From the human T2T-CHM13v2.0 reference genome, Homo sapiens: DNA of 64,000 bases. Positions 44,501 through 58,595 of this stretch are shown here, piece after piece; the stretch's first letter is position 1, and each line of letters opens with the position of its first letter. The stretch lies in NCBI RefSeq assembly GCF_009914755.1, contig NC_060928.1. One strand, 5' to 3'. Below the pieces are notes generated by a model. It was not told where the DNA came from and did not search any database. It saw only the letters and a program-made list of their open reading frames with translations. The translations under genes were made by a program, and so were the position numbers.

Positions 44501-45265
44501 TTCACCTGTGCAAGCTCCCAGCTTTCAGGCTGCTCTTTGTTAGAAAATGATTTGGGGCTGCTTTTCATTAAAAAGAAAAGCCTTACTGAGGACTCCCATA
44601 CCCTTGCTAACTGCCTAAGTGATTTATTCTTAACTCTTATATCAATATCACCATCAAAAGTCATGCATTGACAAATGTACCCACTTTTGACCAAGGTTTT
44701 GTGGCATTGTTGGAAATTGTATTCCTAGAGTAGATATAGGATTTTTACAAAATGTAATTAATGGGGATGAGATTTATTGGGAAACTGTTAAAATACTTTT
44801 GACTTATTTAGAAAACATCTTCCTTTAATTTCCTGCAGTAATAAGGTACTTGCCCTTTTTCTAGTTGGACTCTTAGATACACAATAAAAATAGATATATT
44901 GTGATCTTTCTTTCTATGACTGATAGATACCTTTTTATAAGTTCACTCTTTAGTCAAGTTCTGGAATTTCACACCATTGATAAGAATTTGGCCCATTCTG
45001 AAGCTGCTGAAGCTGTGCTTATCTTGAAGGTTAATTAGATTGTTTGAATTCCAAAAAGAAGGTAGGGGATGGTAAATTCAGTCTCAGTCCTTAGGTAGCT
45101 TTCAGTCACCATAATCGAGAAGATCAATGAAAATTTTTAATCAATGAAAGTCAGAAATATATATTGTGGTATCCAAAACATGAAACACAGCACTGAACTC
45201 TTCACTAATATAAATCAGTGAATGAGGGCAAGGTCAAAAGGTACATTCTAAAGGGACATGTTTTG

Positions 45266-45705
45266 TGTCAGGCCTCTGAGCCCAAGCTAAGCCATCATAT
45301 CCCCTGTGACCTGCACGTATGGGTCCAGATGGCCCAAAGCAAGTGAAGAATCACAAAAGAAGTGAAAATGGTCAGTTCCTGCCTTAACCGATGACATTCC
45401 ACCACAAAAGAAGTGAAAAATGGCCTGTTCCTGCCTTAACTGATGACCTTACCTTGTGAAATTCCTACTCATGGCTCAGAAGCTCCCCCACTGAGCACCT
45501 TGTGACCCCCACCCCTGCAGGCCAGAGAACTACCCTCTTTCACAGTAATTGTCCATTACCTACCCAAATCCTATAAAATGGCCCCAGCCCTATTTCCCTT
45601 AGCTGACTATTTTTGGACTCAGCTCGCCTGCACCCAGGTAATTAGAAAGCTTTATTGCTCACACAAAGCCTGTTTGGTGGTCTCTTCACACGGAGGCGCG
45701 TGAAA
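45266..45705 (+). mobile_element. Solo LTR7 (different subtype from the proviral LTRs)
   Basis: Full LTR7 termini, its own perfect 5-bp TSD ttttg, no PBS, and an extra aagcaagtgaagaatcacaaaagaagtg block. Confidence 0.95.
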
Positions 45706-45712
45706 TTTTGCT

Positions 45713-46568
45713 CGTTGATGAAAAGAGTCAAACTCTGTAAAATGTTATTCTGAGCCAAGTATGAGTGACCATGGCCCATGACACAGCCCTCAGGAGGGCC
45801 TGAGACTATGTGCCCAATGTGGTCAGGGAGCTGCTTGGTTATACGCATTTTAGGGAGGCATGAGACATCAATCAAATACATTTGAGAAATACATTGGCTT
45901 CCTCCAAAAAGGTGGAAAAATTGTGGTGCGGGGGAGGAGAGGGGACTCGTTTCTGGGCTATAGGTAAATTTAAACATTTTCTGGTTTACAATTGGTTGAG
46001 TTGGTCTAATGACCTGGGATTAATCGCAAGGAAATGTTTAAGTTAAAAGATTGCAGATACCGAGGTTCTTTTGAAGTCTCATAGTGGCTGCCCTTAGAGA
46101 CAATAGATGACAAGTGTTTGCTATTCAGACCTTCAAAAGGTGCTAGACCTTCAGTTAATCTCTTCAGGATTGGGAGGGCTTGGAAGAAGAAGATCTAGTT
46201 ATGTTAATAGAGATTCTTTACAGATGCAAATTTTCTCTCACAAGGGATGGCTTTGCAGGGCCATTTCAAAATATGGTCAAGAAACATGGTTTGGGATAAA
46301 ATATTTTCATTTTCCTCCTTGTCACATAATGTCATGCCAGAGTCAGATTGGAAAGTAAGTCATGACATAATAGGGTTAAATAAAATCCATCTGATGAGAG
46401 TTTATGGTTTGTAGGGCATGACTTCCCAAACACTAATAGGGTTAAATAAAATCCATCTGATGAGAGTTTATGGTTTGCAGGGCATGACTTCCCAGACACC
46501 GTAGATAAGAATTTGGGCAAGATGAAAAACAAAACAAAACAAAACAAAAAACGAGAGCTTAGTCCTCA
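45713..46568 (-). mobile_element. MER4D/E-type ERV1 LTR
   Basis: Runs gttgatgaaaagagtcaaactctgtaaaat ... gagcttagtcctca. Confidence 0.85.
46368..46499. repeat. 66-bp tandem duplication in the MER4-type LTR
   Basis: taatagggttaaataaaatcc...cccaaacac twice, with 2 mismatches. Confidence 0.95.
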
Positions 46569-46669
46569 TGCTTATTGCATGGAGTGCAAAAAGCGTAAAT
46601 TTGCCTTGATGTGTGCATGCTTCCTGAAAAAAGGGACAGAGTTTTTGAAAGAAAATGACGTATGCCTTA

Positions 46670-47165
46670 TTTGTTACTGTTTAAATGGTACCCTGAAGCT
46701 AGGAATTCATGATACTCACAGTTTCCTAGAAAAAGGAGGCAGTGCGTGCCACACATGGCCACTTGGGAAAGCACCAGGGTCCATCAGAGGCAGAGGGTGC
46801 ATGAGGAAAATGTGGGTACAAGCTTTTACAGTGGTTTCTGCAGGAAGGAAGGGGCAAGGTAGGCTACATGGGCTTATACTTGGCTAGTTTGAATAATTTC
46901 AGCAGGCTCTGGGGTACACCAACTATTCTTAGTTGTCTGGTACTTGGCCCTTGAGGGATCAGGGCAGGGAAATAGTAACCTACAAAAGGGCTAGAAGAGG
47001 TGGCTGAACATGTGGGCTCGCTCTGCCTCGGTTGGTTTGCTTTGCAAGGCACCATCCCAGAGGAGTTGTGTACTCTTTCTCAGAACTGGCTATCCTTGAA
47101 ATGGACTGTCCCTTCAGGGTCAGCAAGACTCCAAGATGTCAAAGGACCAGAATACAGACCATGAA
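46670..47165. mobile_element. Probable old ERVL-type LTR, family uncertain
   Basis: GC-richer, LTR-like block adjoining the cluster. Recognition is weak. Confidence 0.4.
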
Positions 47166-47223
47166 AGAAGTTATTTATAAAGTTAAAAGGAATCTTCAGT
47201 TAACTAGAGCTAATTATTTAGAA

Positions 47224-48420
47224 CAGGATCTTCAAACTGGAATGTACCTACACACAAAGTTACTCATAGCTTCAGAGGGATACTCAGGAATGAATACATA
47301 GTTTAGGGACTTTTTCAACTTCCACTGATACAATTCTCTTTAATCTGTTTTAGACCCTACCCTACCCTTTTTTTACTCCCCTTTCAAAATTGCCTTATCA
47401 CACTTTACAAGAGAAGCAAAGATCTTTAACTATCGTGAAATACTGGTACATTACCATGTTGTGCACAAAACCTCCCTGTACATGACAAATGGATATTTCA
47501 ATATATTTCTGTTCAGCTTGAAAAAAATGAATACTTTTAAGAAAATTGTATGCAAACCAATTGGCTTCCATTTCTTTACTGTCAATACATTGAAGAAATA
47601 CTTAATTGAGGTTTCAGCTGGTAGGTCATTAACAATATGTTTTGATTATAAATTACCAGGCAATTTTTTGTATCTAACTTTGGAGGAATTCAAAATGTTT
47701 TGTTGCATCGTTACAAAGCTTTCTGCCAGTTACATATCTTTAAATGAAACACCCTTGTCAGCACATATACTTACAAAAAAAGAAAAATAGAACTTATGCT
47801 AACCAGCATCTCAAGCAATATGTACTATTCATTACTACATATAAAAATTAATTTAAAAAGGAATCAAACAGCCATTTTTTACTATTTAATAGAAGCATTT
47901 TGAATAAAAATTTTTCTATCCTTTTAAAAATTATTACATTTAGTAATATACAAATGCTCCAAGTTTATATTAATACAAATCTTAATAGTAAATAAATACA
48001 GAAACGTAATATTTATCATCACAGAGCATTTTTTAAATACATATAATTTATATACACATTTTTGCTTCAGTACAGTATGATCAATAAAACACTATCAAGT
48101 ATAAAATTATATTTCATAAGAAAAAAATTCTGGAGAGAAAGTAAAATACAAAGATAAGGGAGAATAAGTAATATAAAATTTCTGACACTTAAACTCATTT
48201 TCATATATTTCTCTGAATGAATGATAGTATCAAATGTCAATTAGATTTCAATGGACACATTTAAAATAGTTAGGTGCAGTTTTATTTTAAAGTGTTAATA
48301 GTTGCAATTTGCCAAAATGTACTATTTGCAACTATTTAAATTTTGACAAATATTTTGATGTCAAGATAAATATATGTAAGGATACACATAGGCTTTCAAA
48401 ATACTTTAACAGGTTAATCA
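47224..48420 (+). mobile_element. Degenerate hAT-Charlie DNA transposon fragment
   Basis: TIR-like caggatcttcaaactgg start. The region at about 47600-47830 resembles a decayed hAT C-terminal domain. Confidence 0.45.
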
Positions 48421-50684
48421 ATAAATAACTGTGACAGCCAGTGCTTTACTAAACACTAGCAGTACAAAATCAGGAGTGTGTAGCGGAAAAGAAAAAAAAG
48501 AGTTGGAGATATTAGCACACAGGACAGCAAGGACAAAATGGAAACATTTACACTGAGAAAAGGTATTTTAACATTAGAGGAAAGAGGAGGGAAATCAAAG
48601 GAGTAAATGAGACCTTTTTTCAACTCATGGAAGAATAATTGGGTGCAAGTGAAGCAGAAGAAAATGAGCTTGAGATTTGAAGCCGAAGTTAAAATTAAAC
48701 TCAATGTTATTTCATATTAACAGTCTAATTTCAGTTACAAAATGTATCTGAGGCTCAATTTTCTCAAATTGAGAGTCTGTCTTTACACCTTATTAAAGAC
48801 TGAACATGGTAATGATATCACTCAGCATCTATTAGACTTGATGAATATTTATGGAATTAATGAAAAATTCAAATAATTATGAATATAGTATATTTTTTTC
48901 TTATTTCCTATTGGTGGTATACTTTTTTTGGTCACTGTCCCAATTAAAGAATCTTAATTAGGAATTGTTTGTACTAGCTATCACAAATTGGTGTGGACTT
49001 CACCAAGTATCTGGTCATTGGATTAATGCCCAGAAAAAGTATGGTGTACTCATCATTTCATATACCTGAACACTTTCCCTTTGCATACAAAGGGAATGCA
49101 CTGATAGTGCCAACAGTGCCTAGCATGGATGATGTTTTTAGATGCACTAAGATCAAAATGCTTAAGATGTAAATTTTTTGCATCTGTAAGTACAGTTTTA
49201 AGGTATATGAAATGTGATATTTGATCTGCTATAAGAAGATCTCTACTCATTACTCTTTGACCTTCAGAAATGCTAGTCAGCCAATAATAGAGTGCAACCA
49301 TAAACTGATATGTTTGCCAGAATGATAGTTAATAGAGAAGGAGACAGTGTGTTGTCTTATGACTTCAAAATATTAAATATGATTGAAATATTTCTAAGTG
49401 TTGCTTCGCAACTGAGAACATGCCTAATCAGAAGTCTGAGATACACAAATATATTGTTTGAAAAAAAGTTATCTTACCTATTACATACTTAAGGTAACTA
49501 TAATTTGTAATTCGAAGGTGCAAATCACCTTCACAGCTCTTGAAAGAATATACCAGTTGTCAATTTTTGTTGCAAAATCTCTGATACACAAAATATCGTT
49601 CTTATGCTGAATTCACAACAGAAAATAGTATTTATTATCATTCCCTAATACTTGATAACGTATAATTGTATTTATATAACTATTTCAAAATACTGAGACT
49701 TTTTCATATAAACTTTTCGAATGCCATTGTGATAACTGATGCTATTTTACATTGAAATGCAGTAAGCAAGTTCAGATATATTCACCAGACCTTAAATAGC
49801 ATTTTCTTCTGAGAGACTTTGACCTGAGCATTATGCTAATGACAAAACCAAGTAATCTTTTTGTTTGCTCAAGGTCACGATCTATACTGAACTCTAGAAA
49901 TATGTCAAAGGAAAACATATCATTAGGCTGACAATTGGAGACACTATTACGCATTCTTAAGTGAGGGTTAAAGATTTTAAGACAAGGATGGTGTTAAATT
50001 AGCCAATCAGATGTTCACAGTTTGTTTCTTTGCTTTATATCTTCCTGAGGAAAAGTTGCTGTCATTTTATTGAAAAAGTAGGGCAGTTCTCCAGTATGGG
50101 AAAATATTAGTTTACTTTAAATTATTTTTCATAAATGCTCTAAGAAATTTAGCTTAGATCATCAATGAATTAAAAATAATACATACTCAAAAGGTTTGTT
50201 TTATGCGATAAGAAACAAAACACAGTCCTTTGTTCACTATTACATATTTAAGTGACTCAAACTTAATTCTTTGAAGACTTTCCGTTGTGTGACACAAACA
50301 TTGCTGGGTTTAAACAAAGAATTAGAGTTTCATAACAGCTTAATTACTTTGCAGGGACACTAGCATCTTCATTAGTCCTTATCCTTTCCATAGACCATTC
50401 TTACAACCTTTTCTCAAATAAGTACTCTAGTTTCTTTCAAGATTTTTTTTCCCTCTAACAGTGTTTTGTGAATATTGACTTACTTTATAATCAACAAGAC
50501 TTTTCAATACCTTTTAAAACCAGATAGTCAAACACTAAAGGTAATATAAAGTGATATATTAAGGATTTAAAGTATAAAATTTAAATTCTGCGGTGGTTTA
50601 TGCATATCTAAATGCTACAAGAATTTTATCAATACATAATAAATACTCAAATATTAAACAGTTACAGCTACTGTATTAATTGCA

Positions 50685-51101
50685 CAGTTGGTGCTTGAAC
50701 AGTGTGGGGGTTACAGGCACTGACCCCCATGCAGACAAAAATTCACTTGTAACTTTGATTCCACCAAACCTTAATTACTAATAGCTTACTGTTGACCTGA
50801 AGCCTAACTAATAACACAGTCGAATAACACAGATTTTGCATGTTAAATGTATTATATACTGTGTTCTTACAGTAAAGTAAACTAGAGAAAAGAAAATGTC
50901 ATTAAGAAAATTCTAAGAGAAAACATATTAACTGTTCGTTAAGTGGGAGTGGGCCATCATAAAGGTTGTCATCTTTGTCATCTTCACATTGAGTAAGACA
51001 AGAACGAAGAAGAGAAAGGGTTGTTCTTGCCATGTCAGGGACAGTAGAGAGAGAAGAAAATCCATGTAAAAGTGGTCCCACATGGTTCAAAGGGTCAACT
51101 G
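50685..51101. mobile_element. Tigger2a-type MITE
   Basis: TIRs cagttggtgcttgaac / gttcaaagggtcaactg followed by TA. Confidence 0.88.
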
Positions 51102-51276
51102 TATATCAATACATAATCTATTAAAAATGTATTATTAGTAAATATTTATTTTATTAAAAATTAGTGGCACATCATACCACATTTTAATAGTAATACATTA
51201 TCATATGTGCAAACTTGATTGAGAAATTTCTCACAGATTCAGGCACTTGTGAAACTGGATAAGCTAAGAAACTAAG

Positions 51277-51994
<718 letters not shown>

Positions 51995-52189
51995 CTAAGC
52001 AAGCTATGAAAGTCAGAATGACTTTTAAAATTTGTAAGACCAGTTCTCAGCAAGGTGTGCTACCTGGGTAACTGTCTCTTGATCAATGATGGTACAGTCC
52101 AGTTACTATAACAAATGTTTAATGTCAGCAATCTTCCCTGTGAATAAGTTAATCAGGGATCTCTTATTAATTTTCTTTGAAACAGATAA

Positions 52190-52553
<364 letters not shown>

Positions 52554-52699
52554 CTTTCTTTTTCTTTTTACTGTTTATATAAAGGTTTCTTTAAAAAAAA
52601 AATCCCATCATATTATATATTGTGTATGAACACAGATTGTGGAATGCAATTGTAACATCACAGAGGAGAAGGGTACATGCCAACCTTAGGGTGATAGTT

Positions 52700-53050
52700 T
52701 TTTGTTTTTTTATAATTTTATTTTATTTTAAGTTCTGGGATACATGTGCCAGACATGCAAGTTTGGTACATAGATAAATGTGTGCCATGGTGGTTTGCCT
52801 CACCTATCAACCCATCACCTAGGTATTAAGCCCTGCATGCATTAGCTATTTTTCCAGATGCTCTCCCTCCCTGCTTCCCAATGACAGGCCTCAGTGAGTG
52901 TTGTTCCCCTCCCTGTGTCCATGTGTTCTCAATGTTCAGCTCCCACTTAGAAGTGAGACCATGCAGTGTTTCGTTTTCTGTTCCTGTGTTAGTTTGCTGA
53001 AGAGAATGGCTTCTAGTTCCATCTATGTCCCTGCAAAGGACACTGATCTT
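52700..53050 (-). mobile_element. 5'-truncated L1PA (PA8-11-like) 3' end
   Basis: Antisense L1 3'UTR (catcacctaggtattaagccc, tcccacttagaagtgaga). Confidence 0.9.
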
Positions 53051-53339
53051 GGTCTTTCTACTGACTACTCCCACTTAAGAAACTTTGGGTTGAAGTGATT
53101 TTTCCTGACTCTTTTTCATTCTTTAAGGAAAAAATGGAAAATCTTTATTTCCTTTTTCTGAGAAAAGTTTACACAAACCACTATTGCTTGGTAAATCACT
53201 TTTTTTCAGAACAATTCACGCTATGTCCCTTATTTTCTTATTAATAAAGAAGTTGTGTTAAATAATTGCTTTAAAATCATCACTTGATTTTTATTAGTGT
53301 TATTGCAGTCACAACAAACTTGTCTCTTCTGTGCCAATT

Positions 53340-54290
53340 TAATATTTTTAATATAATGGAAAATTTTAATCATAAAGAAATGTTGAAATAATTTTAAGTG
53401 AACACCCATATAATAACCACCTAGATCCTACTGTTAACATATGATGTACACATATTACATGATTTAGCATATATAATCCCATCCATCTTATTTTTTATGC
53501 AATACAAGTACATTGAAGAAATCTACATACTTCCACTGAATGTTTCAGTCTTCACAGCATTAACTAGAATTCAATACTTGTTTAGTTTTTTCTTTGAACG
53601 AAACATTTTCATACTCTCAAATTCAAAAATATTGAGTGGGCATGTGCTAAGTTTTGACAAATGTATATATTTTTGTTATCAAGATATAAAGCATTGTGAT
53701 TGCCTCAGAAAGTCTTGTCTTGCTTTATTCCAGCAGGTCACTACCCCTATCTTAAACCCCACTGTTTTTATATTTTCTACCACATCATAGACGGCATTTA
53801 CCTGTTCCATTCATACAAATAGAATCTTACAATGTGTACTACTTATGTGTAAGGATCTTTTCACTCAGCACAATGCTGGCATTCATCGTTTTGACCAATG
53901 TAATGTGTCAGAAGTAATGCTGCATATTGTTCTCTTTTATAAATACAACAATGTGTTTATAGGCTCACCTCTTTATGAACATCTGGGCAGTTTCCAGATT
54001 TTAGTAACTAAAAATAAAGTTTCTCTGAATGTTTATGTAATTTTTTGTGCATGTGTGTGTGTGTGTATATATATAAAGCATATATATAAAGTATATATAT
54101 ATAAAGCATATATATAAAGTGTATATGTATATATATGTATATATGTATATATATATACTTTTTCTCTAGTTGCTTTATTTCTCACCACAATGTAAGAGTT
54201 CAAGTTGCTCTCCATCTGTATTAATATTTGGTCACGAGTCTTTTTAATTTAAGTTATTCTGGTGGCTCTCATGCAGGATTTTTAGTTATT
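53340..54290 (-). mobile_element. Old L1M 3' fragments with a (TG)n/(TA)n tract at about 54052-54156
   Basis: L1M-like motifs gttttgacaaatgtatat, cttttcactcagcacaatg and acatctgggcagtttccag. Confidence 0.65.
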
Positions 54291-54304
54291 GATTTTTTTG
54301 TTGT

Positions 54305-54768
54305 TTTATTTATTTTATTTTAACTTATAGGGTACATGTGCACAAAGTGCAGGTTTGTTACATATGTATACATGTGCTATGTTGGTTTGCTGCACCCATT
54401 AACTCGTCATTTACATTAGGCATTTCTCCTAATACTATCCCTCCCCCATCCTCCCACCCCACCACAAGCCCCGGTGTGTGATGTTCCCCTCCCTGTGTCC
54501 AAGCACACGTATGTTTATTGTGGCACTATTCACAATAGCAAAGACTTGGAACCAACCCAAATGTCCATCAATGATAGACTGGATTAAGAAAACATGGCAC
54601 GTATACACCATGGAATACTATGCAGCCATAAAAAAGGATGAGTCCACGTCCTTTGTAGCGACATGGATGAAGCTGGAAACCATCATTCTGGGCAAACTAT
54701 CACAAGGACAGAAAACCAAACACCACATGTTCTCACTCATAGGTGGGAATTGAACAATGAGAACACTT
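54305..54768 (-). mobile_element. 5'-inverted (twin-primed) L1PA5-7-like
   Basis: Minus-strand 3' end at 54305-54503 abuts the plus-strand adjacent segment at 54504-54768 (MFIVALFTIAKTWNQPKCPS). TSD ttttgttgtttt. Confidence 0.92.
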
Positions 54769-56499
54769 TTGTTGTTTTTTAAATTCTGTTTCCGTATTTG
54801 GTAATGAGTTATGCACTAAATGACAAACTTCCACTAATTGACTTGCTATAAAATACTAATATCCATTATCTTTATTTCAAAGGATATTTTTACATGAGTT
54901 CCACAATTAATACATCCATATTATACTTCATGAGTGAAAAAGTTAAAACTCTAAAAAGTAAAGAATATAAACAATATCAGAGAAAAATTATTTTATGAAT
55001 AAAATTATAAAGCACAAATCTTAATATATCAGTGAAGAGTTGGATTAAAACCATTGTTCTTCAGAATTTTCTCTTGCATTTTATTAAGAAATTGATACAA
55101 ATGTTTCGGAACTCAATTTAGACCAATTCTGAGAAGCTGAAGAATTAAAGTTGGAAAAGATGCTATTCAAAATGAAAGACGACATGAATGATCATGTTAA
55201 TAGGCATCATTTAATGTGGGTTACTATTTTCTTAATGAGGCAATTGATCAGGAGAAAGTCCTCGGTGAGAAACAGCAATATGGCAGAGATACTTTTATTC
55301 TCCACCAGGAATATCCATTTTTCAATTTATTTCTCTGGTAATCTTCAAGAAACATAACCTTGGAAAATCATTCTTAAATGATAGTGTTATATCAGCTGCT
55401 TAAACAAATTGCTCCACTATAGTCCATAGGCAAATCTTTACAATAGGGTTGAGAACAGGCTTTATTGCTCAGTGAACAAGCTCCTGGACCAGAAAATGTG
55501 TGCCTTGCTTTTAAATCTTTCATAATGTTCTTTTTGCTACTCCTACAGCTAGGGTTTGCTCGTTCTTTTCTTAAAATGCTGTTCCCTTTATTGACTCAAA
55601 GATTACTATCTGGCGTCACCTAGACCACTTAACCGTATATCATAATGCCCATTAAACTATGTTTCTATGAATGTATGAAAATAGTACTAAATAATGCTGG
55701 GCACAGAGCCTCAGTGCACCTATGTATCAGAATAAGCAATAAAATGTTTTACTGACTAGAGAGGTGGTACTTGAAGACAGGGTTATGAAAGGTCCCCAGT
55801 GCCCTCTTTAAGAGAATATGTCAAATGATTTCATTGGATGCTGTTTGCATGTGAACTAACAAAACAGGAGATACATCTAAACGATCCTTCCTCCTGCTAA
55901 TCTGTCACCCAGAAACACTGAAGTTTAAGAATTTCTTAAGACTCTAATTGTGTCCTTCTATCTTTCTCAACGAGTGAGACAGCAGGGGTCAGGGAATGAA
56001 TGCAAATATGGGGTGAGTATTTTAAACTATGAGAGCATAACTATTTTAGATTATAACATGAGACTTTTCCAAGCAGGCTACCATTACTTAGTAGTGAAGA
56101 GCACACTGCCGCTAAAAATCAGCGAAGAGCTGATGAATATGCAATGCATGAAATTTGAAAGCTAAACACTAGTTAAGATATTGTTTTCTAATTCTTCTGC
56201 AGCATTGTCAATATTACAAAACAGTTTAAAATCTTTACAATTAAAAAAAACTAAGTAAACAGTTACCACCTACATTTGAATATTTAACAACCCCCTGAAC
56301 AGAAAGGCAATTTCAAACATACTCTAAATGTTCTGTCTTAATTTGAGTGATAAAATTGCTAATATCATGCACAAATTTGTGTAATTATTCACATATATGA
56401 GAGCATTTACTTAGCATTGAATATTAGGAGATAGTAGTAAATAAAATACAATTCCAAGTTTAAAAGTACTTTAAAACCAGTAATTATTGAAATTGTTAT

Positions 56500-58595
56500 T
56501 CTGGTAGTCATTTAATTAAAGTCTCCAAGTACACGGTAGAATTATCCTTTTCTACCACTTTAAAGTTACATGTGACTATATGACGTGTTTTGGTCAATGA
56601 ACCATGAGAAAAGTGATGTGTACTACCTCTAGACAGAGGTTTTAAGAGCTAAAGGGGGATTTTCTAGAGTCTCCTTCCTCCTACTTTAGTGCCTTACAAG
56701 GCTTCAGATATAGCCCCTCCATCTTTCTGCGCCATGTGGGAAGACATGGAGTAGAATGGAGACCCCAGTCAACCCAAGATTTGCATAAAGCATGAGCAAG
56801 AAATAAGGCTTTGCTGGGGTTTCTTTGGTGCTACAGCATAACCTGGACTGTCTTGACCGATACCATTAAAGAGATGCTGCTAAAGAAAATGTGACATTGT
56901 CTTACTCCTAAATTGGAAAGCAGGGAATAAACAGATGTTGCAAAATGGAATGCGATGATACATATGGCAGAAGATTTGTTTAATTTGTTGCCTTCATTCA
57001 TTTGTGAAGCAGACAATATACCTAAAGGATTGCAGCTGTAGAGAAAGAGGTTGCAAAGTAGAATGTTATTTCTGTGTATTGATTGATAGGACTGCATTGG
57101 ATAAGGCAGTATAAAAAGAGGGAATCTAAGAAAGAAGAGGTTGGTTTAATAAAATAAATAAAGAAGAATAAAGTACAGAAATTTAGAGATTTGCCTGACT
57201 AGAAGGGGTAAGGATTCTTTAACCCCAAATGATAAATGATGAAATGGAAAAGTTTAAAAGTCAAAGCCATTTAAAATTCAGCCTTGTGGCAAATATTTAA
57301 TCAATGCTAAAGTTAATAGACCCATCGTTAAAATATCTAAATGAATTAAGATGTTTCAGAGCAGAAACCAAATTCAGAAACCTAGTAAATCCTTTCAATG
57401 AAAGAGGTAAGGTAGAGAAAGACTCAATATGGGACTCTCAAATCCAAATCTTAAAAGTCAAGCCACCTCCAATTAAGTTGTGATAAAAGGCATGAGGGAA
57501 AGAAAGCAATAAATGTAGTAAATTTAAGAATTGTGTCTAGAAAAAGCTTTGGATGTAGCTTTTAGCACAGGGAGATCAATGAAATAAAATGAAGAAGTCA
57601 AGTGAGTTTTAATAGAATTACATTACTATATAAATTAATAAGTAACTCACAAGCTACAACTAAGAATATTTATAACTCCTTGAGAATTCAAAAGATGTTG
57701 AACCTCCAACCTTCAACAGTAGGAAAGCAGATGGAGAAAACTGCTCACCTCAAAGAGAAAGTCTTCTCTAATGCTCATATAGTGCGGACAAGAAAAACGA
57801 TGAAAAATGAAACATATCTCAAAAGGCAGAAAGTAAAGGAACATGGACAATTATAGACTGAGTCCCTCCCAGGAAAATGAGTGTGAAGTTACTGAAGAAA
57901 TATGAGACCCTACCAAAGTGATGGCCCATCTCCACAACGTCAAGTGGAATGTCGGAATTGCTATGATCCCCATACCACATTTTTCCAAGTTGGGGTGTTC
58001 ATTGTGGTTGCATCAGCCGTAGTTTCGTCATTTCATATTGAATGTGCAGGGCATCTAATTTCTATTTTTTTTAATTTTTCAATTCATAGATTTCTAGATG
58101 AGAAGGGCTATATGCAAATAGATGCAAAGTAGATGATGAAAATGCTAGGCCCCACTCAAGCTCTTAAACTTTGAGTTGGACCCAGTGATTGAATGGAATT
58201 TTTGGATTGTCTGTCACAGAGAGTGTGAATACATTCCACATGTAGGAAAGAGAATATACAGTATTTGGTGACAAGAAAGTCAGATTATAATAGTCATTAA
58301 TATTCCACCTAATATTCCCAGTTCTCCTTCAGTGCACAGATGAGTCTTGGCCTTTCCCATCTCCTTAAAGTTAAGTGACATTGTTTGCCTTGTAAACGAA
58401 TATGAAAAGAATTGGCAAGCACCTCTTTCAAATGGAATATTTAGAAGTCCATGTACTTTCCCTATACTTTCTTTCCCTCTGCTATTCTTTCTTTCTTTTT
58501 ATTCTGCAATTGTCCAAACAGTGGCTGCTTTTCAGCTGATGTTTAAGAATAAAGGCTCCATTAAAGAGAACCCCCTCAGCAAATCTGAGATGTCC
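56500..58595 (+). mobile_element. Ancient MLT1I/J-type MaLR: LTR, internal region and partial second LTR
   Basis: LTR-like 56500-56865 (gcatgagcaagaaataa..cagcataacct..gatac), internal 3' motifs near 58170-58280, and a second LTR-like block from about 58290 cut by Tigger1. Confidence 0.55.

Larger units (their letters stand above)
37704..44644 (-). mobile_element. ERV1 solo LTR (MER61/LTR9-like), split by HERV-H into 37704-38126 and 44501-44644
   Basis: Ends tgaagcagc ... cttatatca with TSD atac/atat. The two halves join across the HERV-H TSD. Confidence 0.8.
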
